64,000 nucleotides of DNA from an uncultured Verrucomicrobiae bacterium (lineage in GTDB: Bacteria; Verrucomicrobiota; Verrucomicrobiia; Chthoniobacterales; UBA10450): assembly GCA_963735805.1 (NCBI GenBank), contig CAVTMK010000002.1, forward strand, positions 480,001-544,000, in the 5' to 3' direction. The translations under genes and the position numbers were made by a program. Positions 29,745 through 40,087 of this stretch are shown one piece after another (position 1 is the stretch's first letter; each line of letters opens with the position of its first letter). The notes beneath the pieces are model-generated. The model worked only from the letters and a program-made list of their open reading frames with translations, made no database searches and was not told where the DNA came from.

Positions 29745-30845
29745 TTATGTGTCGAGATAATTCCGAAGGAATAACTCCATGATATGGTGTGCTCCGGCGC
29801 TTCTTACGTGCCTGAGATCAGGCTCCCATACCGCGGCGCGATCGGAGTTTTGCACGATCTCGTAACTTGGAAAATAATCCACGTTAGCGTGGGCGGCAGC
29901 CCATTCTTGGGCGACTACTCTCAGCAACGATTTGGCCCAGGTGTTGGCTACGACAATGTCCATGGGTGAAAACGTGTTCATCAAAGGGACAGGGGAGACA
30001 GTGACGATAATATGAACGTCGGGATGTCCATACTGGGATAGCAAGGCGTATATGGCTTCCAAGTTAGCCCAGTTTTCGGTGAAAGTGGTGAGATGAAATT
30101 CGTACCGGTTCGGGCGAGGCTTTGACAAAGCTGGATTGGCATCCGGTCTCAATGTGTACGCCACGTCAAGGGGAGTGCAATTGACGAACACATCGGCCTG
30201 AACGTCGCGCCATACCTCTGCAAGGCCCAGGGTGAGGATCACAGCGCGGCAATCTCTGATGCGCTTTGTAACCAGTTGCATCAGCGCGCGGCGCTCCAGA
30301 GTTTCTTCCAAGCCGGTGAAGCTCAACGCCGGGTTTGTATGCGGGTCATACCAGGTGGTTTCTGTGAGTTGAACAATAGATTGCAAAGGAAATACTGCGT
30401 CTGGATCAAGTGCCCAGCGCAATTCGTTTAATATCGAATACGTGTTGTATTTGTTGATAAAGCCAAGTCCTGATTTTTCATTGTCAGCCAGCTGGAGATT
30501 GGCAAATTCAGGCGCTGCGCTTTCAACAGCGATCTTGTTGCTCAACAATGCGCTTTCGAGACCGCGGGCGAAACATGAGCCTATAGCGTAAAATTTGTCG
30601 TCCCTGCAGAGCTTAAACTTGGGATTAACCTTGGGTGTGAACCAGGTGTGATGCAGTCGCTGAAAGGCGTACTCGCCAGCCGGATCGTTGGAATCGGCCT
30701 TGCTATTATACCAGACCGCAGCCGCGTTTCTTTTATAGTTTTCCATCGCCTCACCTGCAGTCGCAATGGACGGCGATTCTATCGAGGATATGCGATCGCT
30801 CGGTGGATTGAAATCGGTTGTTTCGCTAAAGCAGGCCTCTGGCAT
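29745..30845 (-). CDS. GSCFA domain protein (SGNH-like)
   Basis: AIGSCFAR, ILTLGLAEVW, TVSPVPL, SKS-like AKSLLR, YFPSYEIV, DLRHV. Confidence 0.92.
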   Translation of the reverse strand: MPEACFSETTDFNPPSDRISSIESPSIATAGEAMENYKRNAAAVWYNSKADSNDPAGEYAFQRLHHTWFTPKVNPKFKLCRDDKFYAIGSCFARGLESALLSNKIAVESAAPEFANLQLADNEKSGLGFINKYNTYSILNELRWALDPDAVFPLQSIVQLTETTWYDPHTNPALSFTGLEETLERRALMQLVTKRIRDCRAVILTLGLAEVWRDVQADVFVNCTPLDVAYTLRPDANPALSKPRPNRYEFHLTTFTENWANLEAIYALLSQYGHPDVHIIVTVSPVPLMNTFSPMDIVVANTWAKSLLRVVAQEWAAAHANVDYFPSYEIVQNSDRAAVWEPDLRHVRSAGAHHIMELFLRNYLDT

Positions 30846-30859
30846 AGCTCAAAAAGATT

Positions 30860-32374
30860 CTAGCGCCGGCGGTAGATGCTGTGGCTCTCTGTTGGACGCC
30901 CGCCCTTTTTCCACAGGTTGTACTCTGCTGCAACCAAGGATAGCACAATGTAGCGGTCTTCCTGGTTATTGAGGTCGTAGTTGGGGAAGTAAGCAGGATT
31001 AACCAAGCGCCACAGAAAGCAGTTTCGACGCCACATTTCCACCGGATCGAGGTAGCGCAACAGGAGCGACTCAATCTCCTCGCTCCGGATTCCTTCGAAG
31101 CTATTAGCCGAAAAGTCCGTTTCTGGAACGGTAGAATCGACGTTGCCGGTAAACGCGTTGCGGCGGAAACGCTCTGGAAGGAGAGAGAACATCCGATTAG
31201 CAGCGTCTAGCGCTTCAGGCCATAGCTGATTGCCATTGCGACCGATCGCTTCTCCAATGACCCAGAATTCGCCCTTCGGGACAAGCAGTTCGGTGACCGT
31301 TTGAACCACGTGCTCAATTTCCACGACGTGATGCAGCCCTGACACGAACATCGCAACGTCGAAAGTAAGATTGCCGAACTGCTCTGCCGAGATAACATTT
31401 ACGTCGCCAAGGACCGCTAATATTTGGGCAACGGAAGAAAGCGCGGCGGTCGCTTTTTGCATTAAATTCTCGTTAAGATCGAACAGCGTTATCTCTACGG
31501 GACAACCTGCATCAGCGATCATCTTCCTTTCTATGCCTGCGGCGCCTGAGCATAGCGACAGTATCCGCACCGGCCGACCCTCCCGCTCATGCACAGAACG
31601 AATGCGCTTCGGGAAATTTGGTTGAGTCGGAATGAGGCTGCACAAAACTCTGTGTGCGTAGCGGTATACGTCCTCGCCTTCCAAGGCTTTTGCTGACGGA
31701 AGTCTCAGTAGAGATTCCGCCGCAATAGGCTCTTCGGACTTGGGCCTGGGCCCAAGGCTGATTTTCGTAAGATGTGAGCCAGCCTCTCTGCCTTGATCGG
31801 CTTCACGATAATCATACATCGCGTGGTCGTACGATGCGTTGAAGCGTTCAAGTGTAGTCTTGATACGGCGTGATTGATGACGGCGCGCACTCAGCAGGCT
31901 GATGCGGTCGTCGGGACCGGCCACCCAGTTGATAACTGCGAGCTTCGACTCCAAATCGAAGTGGCCGCTAGGAGAAAAGCATCGGAGTCCCAGATGTCCG
32001 CGGCGGTCCCGCAATACCGACAGGTCGAGCGTGAAATTCGACTCCTTGTTGTCGCGGCTTAACGGCGCTTCAAGCAATATGATTCTAGCCGATCTGTCGC
32101 CCTCGGGTTCAAAAAACGTCTGAAACGAAAAACCTTCGACGTCTTTCGCATCTATTCTCGATCCAAGCTCGCAGGACATCGACACATCGCGGGACAATCG
32201 CATCAGGGGTCCAATCGCCATTTGTCCGACGCCGAGCGCAAGCGCCAAACGGAAAGCACCGTGTCTTTCTACAGGAACCCAAAGAGGTTTCGCGCCTGAG
32301 GAAGAGTCGTCATTTTCGATGATGAAATTTGGAATGTCTTCGCTAAGGAAAAACTCGTTTACCACCTGATTCAT
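30860..32374 (-). CDS. Class I SAM-dependent methyltransferase with an unknown N-terminal domain
   Basis: C-terminal ILSLCSGAAG, FDLNE, GLHHVVE, FEGIRSEEI. About 250-aa N-terminal extension. Confidence 0.8.
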   Translation of the reverse strand: MNQVVNEFFLSEDIPNFIIENDDSSSGAKPLWVPVERHGAFRLALALGVGQMAIGPLMRLSRDVSMSCELGSRIDAKDVEGFSFQTFFEPEGDRSARIILLEAPLSRDNKESNFTLDLSVLRDRRGHLGLRCFSPSGHFDLESKLAVINWVAGPDDRISLLSARRHQSRRIKTTLERFNASYDHAMYDYREADQGREAGSHLTKISLGPRPKSEEPIAAESLLRLPSAKALEGEDVYRYAHRVLCSLIPTQPNFPKRIRSVHEREGRPVRILSLCSGAAGIERKMIADAGCPVEITLFDLNENLMQKATAALSSVAQILAVLGDVNVISAEQFGNLTFDVAMFVSGLHHVVEIEHVVQTVTELLVPKGEFWVIGEAIGRNGNQLWPEALDAANRMFSLLPERFRRNAFTGNVDSTVPETDFSANSFEGIRSEEIESLLLRYLDPVEMWRRNCFLWRLVNPAYFPNYDLNNQEDRYIVLSLVAAEYNLWKKGGRPTESHSIYRRR

Positions 32375-32390
32375 AATCGAGCTCGCGCCC

Positions 32391-33191
32391 TCAGCCTAGC
32401 TGCCTCTCATGGATATGCTGCAAGGCATAAGGCCGAACGGACGGTGTTTCCGGTTTTCGCGCGACCAGGACGATCCGCGCCATGTGTTTGGCGAGACCTT
32501 CCACCGGCACCAGCTTTAACTGCCGAATTTCGCGAAACCCAACCAATTCCAGACAGGTTGTCAGGACGCTTGTGCTCAAGGCCCAGAAATTGGTCGCGTC
32601 GTTGTTCTGCATGTACATAAAGTAACAGATATTAGCGTCCTCTGGATTATCGTATACCTGGGTTTCCAAGGCGAGGTAACCCCCGGGCCGCAGGTTGTCG
32701 AACGTGGTTCGTAAAGAGAGGATTGGATTGGGAAGGTGATAGAGCGTGCCGAAGTGAAGGACGACATCAAACTCTTCCGGACGACTGAATGTCTCCGCGC
32801 TGGCGATGAAAAATTGTGCCTTTACACCAGCAACCTCCGAAAGGAAACACGCGATTTCGACCTGGTCGGGTACAACGTCGATGCCAGTGCAGCGAGCCCC
32901 ATATTTCATTGCCGCATAGATAGAGTTGTAACCAGCGCAGCACCCGATATCGAGTAATCTCCTGTCCGACATGTCTTGGAAGGGAATGGCAGCCTCGACC
33001 AGGCCGAACTTGTTCAATGGCTGTCCGGAAAATGGGATACGGCGTTTGAAGTCTTTTGTCGAAACGCCATTATCAAAATCGATCCGATGGCCCCATGGCT
33101 CCCACTCTCGGAGTTTTTCGCTGAGCGCTTCCGGCGCAAGCGTCGTGTGCAGCGTTAGAACACCGTTTTTCATTTCAGCCTTGGGTAACAT
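32391..33191 (-). CDS. Class I SAM-dependent methyltransferase (DUF1698/CmoB-like fold)
   Basis: PWGHRIDF, LLDIGCCAGY, FGTLYHLPNP, ALET, TNFW. Confidence 0.82.
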   Translation of the reverse strand: MLPKAEMKNGVLTLHTTLAPEALSEKLREWEPWGHRIDFDNGVSTKDFKRRIPFSGQPLNKFGLVEAAIPFQDMSDRRLLDIGCCAGYNSIYAAMKYGARCTGIDVVPDQVEIACFLSEVAGVKAQFFIASAETFSRPEEFDVVLHFGTLYHLPNPILSLRTTFDNLRPGGYLALETQVYDNPEDANICYFMYMQNNDATNFWALSTSVLTTCLELVGFREIRQLKLVPVEGLAKHMARIVLVARKPETPSVRPYALQHIHERQLG

Positions 33192-33453
33192 CCGATGATA
33201 AAATCGAGACTCATGAATTAAGGCGTCGTGCCACAAAGAGCAAAGGGTACCCCGCGACCCATCATCGGCAATTCGTATCTTTCAATGCTGGCAAAGTCCG
33301 AAAAACGGAGGTTCAGATACTGACAGCTGCGCATGCGATAGGCGCAGGGATTCGCTGCTGGAATTTGATAACCAGGCGCAAGCATTTGAGAAATCAGTCA
33401 CGAAAAAGTTCACTGGCCAAGCGAAACAGTTTCGGCGATAAAAGCGAACTGCC

Positions 33454-34146
33454 ATGGAACGCGCGTCCGGGAACACAGTCCTGATCATCGAGGATGAACG
33501 CGATGTGGTCGATCTGCTTGCGCTCAATTTGCGCAAGGCCGGTTTCGCCACATCGACTGCGCCCGACGGCGCTGCCGGATTGGAAAAAGCGCGCAGCGAA
33601 AAGCCAGCTTTGATTATTCTTGATCTGATGCTGCCGAAAATGCCTGGGCTGGAAGTTTGTAAAATTCTCAAAAGTGATCCCGGTACTCGGCAGGTCCCGA
33701 TTATGATGCTCACGGCGAAGGCGGAAGAAATCGACCGGATAGTGGGTTTGGAATTTGGCGCCGACGATTACGTGACAAAGCCATTCAGTCCACGGGAAGT
33801 CGTCTTACGCATTCGGGCGATCATGCGCCGGGGCGAGGCGAAACAGGGCGATGAACGCTTGACGGCTGGTCCCATCATGGTTGATCCGGCGCGTTACGAA
33901 GTCTCTGTCAGCGGTAAGCGAATCAATCTCACCAGTCTTGAATTTAAACTTCTCTGCACGCTGATCCAGCGACGCGGTCGCGTCCAGGCGCGAGACCGTT
34001 TGCTCAACGACGTATGGGGTTACGAGAGTGTCATAGACACACGCACAGTGGATACGCACGTCCGACGCCTGCGCAAGAAGCTTGGCAAAGCCGCCGATGT
34101 GATTGAAAGCGTGCGGGGATTCGGCTATCGAATGAAGGAAAAATAA
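33454..34146 (+). CDS. phoB: OmpR-family response regulator (PhoB-like)
   Basis: IEDE, LDLMLP, MLTAK, GADDYVTKPFS, RTVDTHVRRLR; upstream of pst genes. Confidence 0.88.
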   Translation: MERASGNTVLIIEDERDVVDLLALNLRKAGFATSTAPDGAAGLEKARSEKPALIILDLMLPKMPGLEVCKILKSDPGTRQVPIMMLTAKAEEIDRIVGLEFGADDYVTKPFSPREVVLRIRAIMRRGEAKQGDERLTAGPIMVDPARYEVSVSGKRINLTSLEFKLLCTLIQRRGRVQARDRLLNDVWGYESVIDTRTVDTHVRRLRKKLGKAADVIESVRGFGYRMKEK

Positions 34147-34152
34147 GGCCAA

Positions 34153-35430
34153 ATGTGTTGGCTAATTCTGTGCACGCTCTGCGCCGTTTTCGCAGTGACG
34201 GCGCTTCTACTCTGGCAAAAATGGTCCGCGCCATGGGCACAGATTGAGCAGCTCGTGTCGCAAATAGCCCGCGGTGAGCGCCCGTCCACATTCCTGGTAA
34301 ACGGAAAAGCACATCCGCACCGCATCGGTCTGACGTTGGAGAGGATCTTTGCGCACCTGCAAGAACTTGAACACCGGATCGCAGGGCGTGAATCCGGCAC
34401 ACAAACAATTGTCGGCGCAATGCAGGATGGCCTTCTCGTGGTCGACGCGCGTAACCGCATTACGCTTATGAATCCCATGTTCGAACAACTATTCGAAGTA
34501 CGCGAACCAACAGCAGGCGTTCCTTTGGTCGAAGCCGTTCGTCACGCAACGCTCGATCAACTGATTGCGGAAACGCTGCTTACCGGCGAAGCAATGCGAG
34601 GTGAGTTGAGCCTGGCCGATTCGCGGACTCACAGCGAGCGGCATGTAGAAGTCAGCGCTGTTCCAATCAAGAAAGCTGATGATGAAATAACCGGCGCGGT
34701 CGTGCTTTTCCACGATTTCACCGAATTGAAGCGTCTGGATCAAATCCGGCGCGAGTTTGTTGCAAATGTTTCGCACGAACTTCGAACGCCTTTGTCAATC
34801 CTACGGGGCTACATCGAAGTGTTACTCGACGATCCGGAAACGCCGCGAGAGGAACTGACGCGCATTCTTTCGATCATGGACCGTCATTCCAAGCGCCTTC
34901 AACGGCTGGTGGGTGATCTGCTAAGCCTTGCAGAACTGGAATCGTCCCAGGCAGAGCTGGAACTGAGCGACGTGCGCATGGATGAGTTGTTTCATAACCT
35001 CATCCGTGACTGGAAAGAAAAACTCTCCGCGAAAAACCTCAGAGTGATTATCGATTTGCCTTCCGAAGCGCTGACCCTTCGCGCCGATGGAACCCGCCTG
35101 GAGGAAGTGCTCCATAATCTGCTGGATAATGCGGTCAAATTTTCACCAGAGAACAGACAGATTCGCCTGGGAGCGACGCGTTGCGACTCGAACATGGTCC
35201 TGAGCGTGGCCGATAACGGAATCGGAATCAGCAAAGAACATCTTCCGCGAATTTTCGAGCGCTTTTATCGCGTTGACAAAGCTCGCAGCCGCGAACTGGG
35301 AGGCACCGGTTTGGGACTGGCGATCGTGAAGCATATTGCCCAATTACACGGTGGCTGGGTGGAAGCCGACAGTGAGCAGGGCCGCGGGACAACGATTCGC
35401 GTGATGCTTCCAGAGAAGCCGCGCGCTTAA
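34153..35430 (+). CDS. phoR: Sensor histidine kinase with PAS domain (PhoR-like)
   Basis: FVANVSHELRTPL, NLLDNAVKF, DNGIGI, FYRVDKARSRELGGTGLGL. Confidence 0.9.
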   Translation: MCWLILCTLCAVFAVTALLLWQKWSAPWAQIEQLVSQIARGERPSTFLVNGKAHPHRIGLTLERIFAHLQELEHRIAGRESGTQTIVGAMQDGLLVVDARNRITLMNPMFEQLFEVREPTAGVPLVEAVRHATLDQLIAETLLTGEAMRGELSLADSRTHSERHVEVSAVPIKKADDEITGAVVLFHDFTELKRLDQIRREFVANVSHELRTPLSILRGYIEVLLDDPETPREELTRILSIMDRHSKRLQRLVGDLLSLAELESSQAELELSDVRMDELFHNLIRDWKEKLSAKNLRVIIDLPSEALTLRADGTRLEEVLHNLLDNAVKFSPENRQIRLGATRCDSNMVLSVADNGIGISKEHLPRIFERFYRVDKARSRELGGTGLGLAIVKHIAQLHGGWVEADSEQGRGTTIRVMLPEKPRA

Positions 35431-35480
35431 ATCGTCGAGTTGTTGAAGCGATTCAGTGTTCGCGGTTTCAACGATTTACG
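35427..35480. repeat. Degenerate octamer tandem/inverted repeat hairpin
   Basis: TTAAATCG TCGAGTTG TTGAAGCG followed by the inverse-type TTCAACGA TTTACGA. Confidence 0.4.
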
Positions 35481-35496
35481 AACCAGGCGTCGACGC

Positions 35497-35516
35497 CTGT
35501 CACACAAAAGTAACAT
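35497..35516 (+). promoter_or_regulatory. Pho box upstream of pstS
   Basis: CTGTCACACAA AAGTAACAT: GTCAC and GTAAC 11 bp apart, matching the CTGTCAT-N4-CTGTCAY pattern. Confidence 0.75.
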
Positions 35517-35563
35517 TAAAGATTTTGACGCTTCCGAGCGCGCTGCGGCAGGCTGGCAGATCT

Positions 35564-36583
35564 ATGAAATGCCCCAAATTCGCTCACAAAATTCTAGCAA
35601 CGGTGCTGTTGGCCGGTATCACCGCGACCGCCTCCGCTCAGATGATGATCAACGGTGCAGGCGCCACTTTCCCCTATCCGATCTACTCAAAGTGGTTCGA
35701 TGAGTACGCGAAAGTCGATCCGTCGGTCCGGTTTAATTATCAATCCATCGGATCGGGGGGCGGCCAAAAGCAAATCCTGGCCCAGACCGTCGATTTCGGC
35801 GCGTCGGACGGCCCAATGAGCGATGACAACCTCAGCAAAGCGCCGGGAAAGCTTCTCCATATTCCAACTGTCGCGGGTGCAGTGGTAATGGTCTCCAACC
35901 TCCCAGGCAACCCAGCCCTAAAGTTTGATGGAGACGCGATCGCCGGAATTTATCTCGGTCAGATCAAAAAGTGGAACGATCCCAAACTCACAGCATTGAA
36001 TCCGGGCGTAAAATTGCCGGATCAGGACATCGTGGTCGTACATCGCTCTGATGGCAGCGGTACAACATTTATCTTTACCGATTACCTGAGTAAAGTCAGC
36101 TCGGAATGGAAGAGTAAAGTTGGCAATAATACCTCGGTCAATTGGCCGGCAGGTATCGGCGGCAAGGGAAACGAGGGCGTGTCGGGGCAAGTAAAACAAA
36201 CTCCCGGAGCATTCGGTTACGTAGAACTGATCTATGCGATCCAAAATAAGATGTCGTATGCCGAGATCAAGAACGCCGCTGGCGAATTTGTGAAACCGAC
36301 ACTGGAATCAGTTACCGCTGCGCTGTCGACGGCGGAGATTCCGGACGACTTCCGTTTTTCAATGACGAACGCGCCCGGAAAAGACGCCTATCCGATTTGC
36401 GGTGCGACATGGTTGCTCGTTTATGAGCAGCAGAAAGATCCGGCGAAAGGAAAGAAGCTCGTGGAGTTTCTAAAATGGGCCGAGAAGGACGGCGAAAAGA
36501 TGGCTAAAGACCTCGATTACGCTCCTTTGCCGGAGAACGTGCAAGAGCGTGTCTTGAAGCGGATCAACGAAATCAAAATGTAA
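35564..36583 (+). CDS. pstS: Phosphate ABC transporter substrate-binding protein
   Basis: Signal peptide, GAGATFPYP, YQSIGSGGG, DFGASD, HRSDGSGTT, GKGNEGV. Confidence 0.97.
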   Translation: MKCPKFAHKILATVLLAGITATASAQMMINGAGATFPYPIYSKWFDEYAKVDPSVRFNYQSIGSGGGQKQILAQTVDFGASDGPMSDDNLSKAPGKLLHIPTVAGAVVMVSNLPGNPALKFDGDAIAGIYLGQIKKWNDPKLTALNPGVKLPDQDIVVVHRSDGSGTTFIFTDYLSKVSSEWKSKVGNNTSVNWPAGIGGKGNEGVSGQVKQTPGAFGYVELIYAIQNKMSYAEIKNAAGEFVKPTLESVTAALSTAEIPDDFRFSMTNAPGKDAYPICGATWLLVYEQQKDPAKGKKLVEFLKWAEKDGEKMAKDLDYAPLPENVQERVLKRINEIKM

Positions 36584-36594
36584 TGTGAGGAAGC

Positions 36595-37599
36595 ATGGAG
36601 GTTGCCACAGCTCCAGGCTCGAAAGCTTTCGGGCCACCCGTTAGCCCGCGATCCGCGGCTCAGGCGATGGCGCGGCCTTCGCGCTTTGGCGACAAAGCGT
36701 TTGAGTGGCTCACATTGGCCATGGCGCTCACGGTGGTTGTGCTGGTGGTTCTAATCGGGTGGGAACTGTGGCTGGGGTCGGTGGGCGCAATTAAGAAATT
36801 CGGGTTCCATTTCCTTGTCACATCTACGTGGGACCCCGTCGCCGACCAATTTGGAGCTCTCCCGTTTATATATGGGACATTGGTCTCCTCTCTAATCGCG
36901 CTGTTGATTGCGGTTCCGTTGGGCATCGCAACGGCAGCGTATCTGACGGAGCTGGCTCCGCTCTGGATTCGGCAGCCTCTTGTTTCATTGATCGAGATGT
37001 TGGCTGCAATTCCCAGTGTCATCCTTGGGCTCTGGGGCATTTTCGTGATGATCCCATGGTTGCGTGATTATCCCTTCGCGTGGCTCAAACGATTGTTCGG
37101 TTGGACACCTTTGTTCAGTGGATCGATTTACGGTCCGTGCATGCTCGCCGGCGGAATCATTATCGCGGTTATGATTTTGCCGATTATCGTTTCGGTCTCG
37201 CGCGAGATTTTGCGCAGTGTTCCGGACTTGCAGAGAGAGGCCGCTTACGGTCTCGGAGCGACTCGCTGGGAGGCAACGCGCATTGCAGTGTTGAGTTACG
37301 CAAAGAAAGGGTTGTTCGGGGCGGTGATTCTCGGGTTGGGACGCGCTCTGGGCGAAACGATGGCCGTAACGATGGTGATAGGCAACACCCCACAGATCGT
37401 CGCGTCGCTGTTTCAGCCCGGATATACCCTGGCCAGCGTGCTTGCCAACGAGTTCACCGAAGCGACAACTGATCTTTATCTGCAGGCGTTGTTCGAAATC
37501 GGGCTGGTTCTTTTTGGGATAACTATCTTGGTGAACCTGCTCGCGCAGCTGCTTCTGCGGACCATTGCAACAACATCAGCAACCCGCGCGGTGCAATAG
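36595..37599 (+). CDS. pstC: Phosphate ABC transporter permease
   Basis: FGALPFIYGTL, LAAIPSV, LGRALGETMAV. Confidence 0.97.
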   Translation: MEVATAPGSKAFGPPVSPRSAAQAMARPSRFGDKAFEWLTLAMALTVVVLVVLIGWELWLGSVGAIKKFGFHFLVTSTWDPVADQFGALPFIYGTLVSSLIALLIAVPLGIATAAYLTELAPLWIRQPLVSLIEMLAAIPSVILGLWGIFVMIPWLRDYPFAWLKRLFGWTPLFSGSIYGPCMLAGGIIIAVMILPIIVSVSREILRSVPDLQREAAYGLGATRWEATRIAVLSYAKKGLFGAVILGLGRALGETMAVTMVIGNTPQIVASLFQPGYTLASVLANEFTEATTDLYLQALFEIGLVLFGITILVNLLAQLLLRTIATTSATRAVQ

Positions 37600-37601
37600 C
37601 C

Positions 37602-38462
37602 ATGGATACCAGGCGATCAGGCAACCATACGTGGCGCAAATTCAAAAGCGCGCTGGCATCGGCCATTGCTTTCATTTCGGCCGTGCTTGTGATCACGCCA
37701 CTGGGTCTGGTATTTTTTCACCTTCTCGTCAACGGCGCCAGTTCGGTAAATTGGGACTTCTTCACCAAATTGCCTGCGCCGGTCGGAGCCGTTGGCGGAG
37801 GCATGGTGAATGCAATCGTCGGCTCGCTAGAATTGCTCGCTCTCGCGAGTTTAATTGGAATTCCTGTTGGCGTGCTGGGTGGAGTTTATCTGGCGGAATA
37901 CGGCTCGGCACGGATCAATTCTATTCTCCGTTTTCTGGCTGATGTGCTCAATGGTGTCCCCTCAATTACCTGGGGCGTCGTCGTTTACGGTTTGGTAGTT
38001 TTGCGCTTCAAAGGCTTTTCGGCCTATGCCGGCGGGCTCGCGCTTGGTCTGATCATGATTCCCCTGATCCTGCGCACAACGGAAGAGGTTGTTCTGCTGG
38101 TCCCCAATGGTTATCGCGAAGCCGCGCTCGCTCTGGGCGTCAGCCGCTGGAAAACAATTGTCCACATCGTGATGAAGACTGCGTCCAAGGGAATCATCAC
38201 CGGGATTTTGCTCGCCCTCGCTCGCGTGGGTGGCGAAACGGCTCCGCTTCTTTTCACTGCTTTCGGCAATCGTTTTTGGAATCACAGTCTCAGTCAGCCA
38301 ATCGCTGCGCTCCCGTTGCAGATTTTTACCTACGCGATCTCTCCCTATGACGACTGGCATCGCCAGGCTTGGGCTGGTGCGCTCGTGCTCGTCATGGGAA
38401 TTTTCTGCGTTAATGTGGTTGTAAGAATCCTGACTCGCGGGCGCGGTGCGCCAGTCGTATAG
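37602..38462 (+). CDS. pstA: Phosphate ABC transporter permease
   Basis: NAIVGS, YLAEY, GVPSI, ARVGGETAPLLFT. Confidence 0.97.
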   Translation: MDTRRSGNHTWRKFKSALASAIAFISAVLVITPLGLVFFHLLVNGASSVNWDFFTKLPAPVGAVGGGMVNAIVGSLELLALASLIGIPVGVLGGVYLAEYGSARINSILRFLADVLNGVPSITWGVVVYGLVVLRFKGFSAYAGGLALGLIMIPLILRTTEEVVLLVPNGYREAALALGVSRWKTIVHIVMKTASKGIITGILLALARVGGETAPLLFTAFGNRFWNHSLSQPIAALPLQIFTYAISPYDDWHRQAWAGALVLVMGIFCVNVVVRILTRGRGAPVV

Positions 38463-38471
38463 CGTCCTAAA

Positions 38472-39320
38472 ATGAATAACGTGATTATGGCAACACCCGA
38501 ACGAAGCGTCACGGAGCGTATCGAGCCGTCTGGCCAGCCGCCCGTCAGCGCCGAGCCAGCACCGAAGTTAACTTTTGAGGCGAAGAATGTCTCGATCTGG
38601 TACGGGGAAAAACGGGCCATTGAGAATGTGAGCCTCGACATCGCCTCCAATGCCGTGACAGCGATCATTGGTCCTAGCGGTTGCGGAAAATCAACCTTTC
38701 TCCGCGCCCTCAATCGGATGCACGAACTGGTGCCAAAGACGCGGATGGACGGCACGGTGCTTCTTCACGGCGAGGATCTTTATTCCAAAACCGTCGATCC
38801 CGCAATTGTCCGACGCCGGGTTGGCATGATCTTCCAGAAATCGAATCCATTTCCAACCATGACGATTGGCGAAAACGTCGTTGTCGGTTTGCGATTGAAT
38901 GGGGTGCGGAGTCAAAAATTTCTCAACGAACGGCTGGAAAAATCGCTACGCATGGCTGCTCTTTGGGACGAAGTCAAAGACGATTTGCACAAGCCAGGCA
39001 CCAGCCTTTCGGGTGGCCAACAGCAAAGGCTCTGCATCGCGCGCTCGCTCGCCGTGGAACCGGAAGTAATCTTGATGGATGAGCCTTGCTCGGCGCTCGA
39101 TCCGATCGCCACGGCGAAAATCGAGGAACTGATCCACGAACTAAAAGCGAGATACACGATTGTAACTGTGACGCACAACATGCAGCAAGCCGGCCGCATT
39201 TCGGATTACACTGCATTTATGTACCTCGGCCGGTTGATCGAGTTTGGAGCGACAACAAAGATTTTCACAAATCCAACCGAAAAACAGACCGAGGATTATA
39301 TCACCGGGCGATTTGGATAG
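38472..39320 (+). CDS. pstB: Phosphate ABC transporter ATP-binding protein
   Basis: [39 protein letters not shown]. Confidence 0.98.
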   Translation: MNNVIMATPERSVTERIEPSGQPPVSAEPAPKLTFEAKNVSIWYGEKRAIENVSLDIASNAVTAIIGPSGCGKSTFLRALNRMHELVPKTRMDGTVLLHGEDLYSKTVDPAIVRRRVGMIFQKSNPFPTMTIGENVVVGLRLNGVRSQKFLNERLEKSLRMAALWDEVKDDLHKPGTSLSGGQQQRLCIARSLAVEPEVILMDEPCSALDPIATAKIEELIHELKARYTIVTVTHNMQQAGRISDYTAFMYLGRLIEFGATTKIFTNPTEKQTEDYITGRFG

Positions 39321-39400
39321 GTCGAGCGAAGGGCCGAACTACCAGACTCGCCGTAACACAAGCAAGATAGCAAAGGAATACGATTAAGGATTGATAGGCA

Positions 39401-40087
39401 ATGATTGCGGCAAAACACATTCTGGGAACATTTGATGAATCGCTGGCAGCGTTGCGTAATAACGTGCTCATGATGGCTAGCCTGACCGAGCGCAGCCTGG
39501 AGCGGGCAATGAAAGGCCTGTTCGATCGCGACGACAATATTTGCGCACATGCAATCGCTGACGACGAAGAGATCGATCAGCTGGAGAAACAGATCGACAA
39601 GGACGGAGTCGATATTCTGTTGCGTTTTCAGCCGGTTGCTTCAGATCTGCGGCGCGTCGTATCCGCGATGAAGCTTTCCTCGAATCTGGAGCGCATGGCC
39701 GATCAGGCGACTACAATCGCGCGGCGCGCGCGAAAGTTAAATCAGCATCCGCCCTTGTCCGAGGTCGAGCTGATGAAGCCGATGTACGAGCATGCCATGT
39801 CCATGTTCAAGGATGCGGTGGACGCATTCGTGCGAGAGGACGTCGAGCTCGGGCGCGCAATCGTTCCTCGCGATGAAAAACTCGACGACTTGAACCGCGT
39901 GGCCAGCCATAAGCTGGTTGAGCGAATGGCGCAGGACCCGGATCAATTGCGGGGTTACTTGAACCTGATTTTTGTTGGCCGCTGCTTGGAGCGCGTCGGC
40001 GATCACGCTACCAACATTGCCGAAGACGCGGTTTACGCGGCGGCTGCTGAAGATATCAGGCATCAGTCGCTTGCTGCCACAACGTGA
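39401..40087 (+). CDS. phoU: Phosphate signalling protein PhoU
   Basis: QPVASDLR, LERMADQA, LERVGDHATNIAE. Confidence 0.96.
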   Translation: MIAAKHILGTFDESLAALRNNVLMMASLTERSLERAMKGLFDRDDNICAHAIADDEEIDQLEKQIDKDGVDILLRFQPVASDLRRVVSAMKLSSNLERMADQATTIARRARKLNQHPPLSEVELMKPMYEHAMSMFKDAVDAFVREDVELGRAIVPRDEKLDDLNRVASHKLVERMAQDPDQLRGYLNLIFVGRCLERVGDHATNIAEDAVYAAAAEDIRHQSLAATT

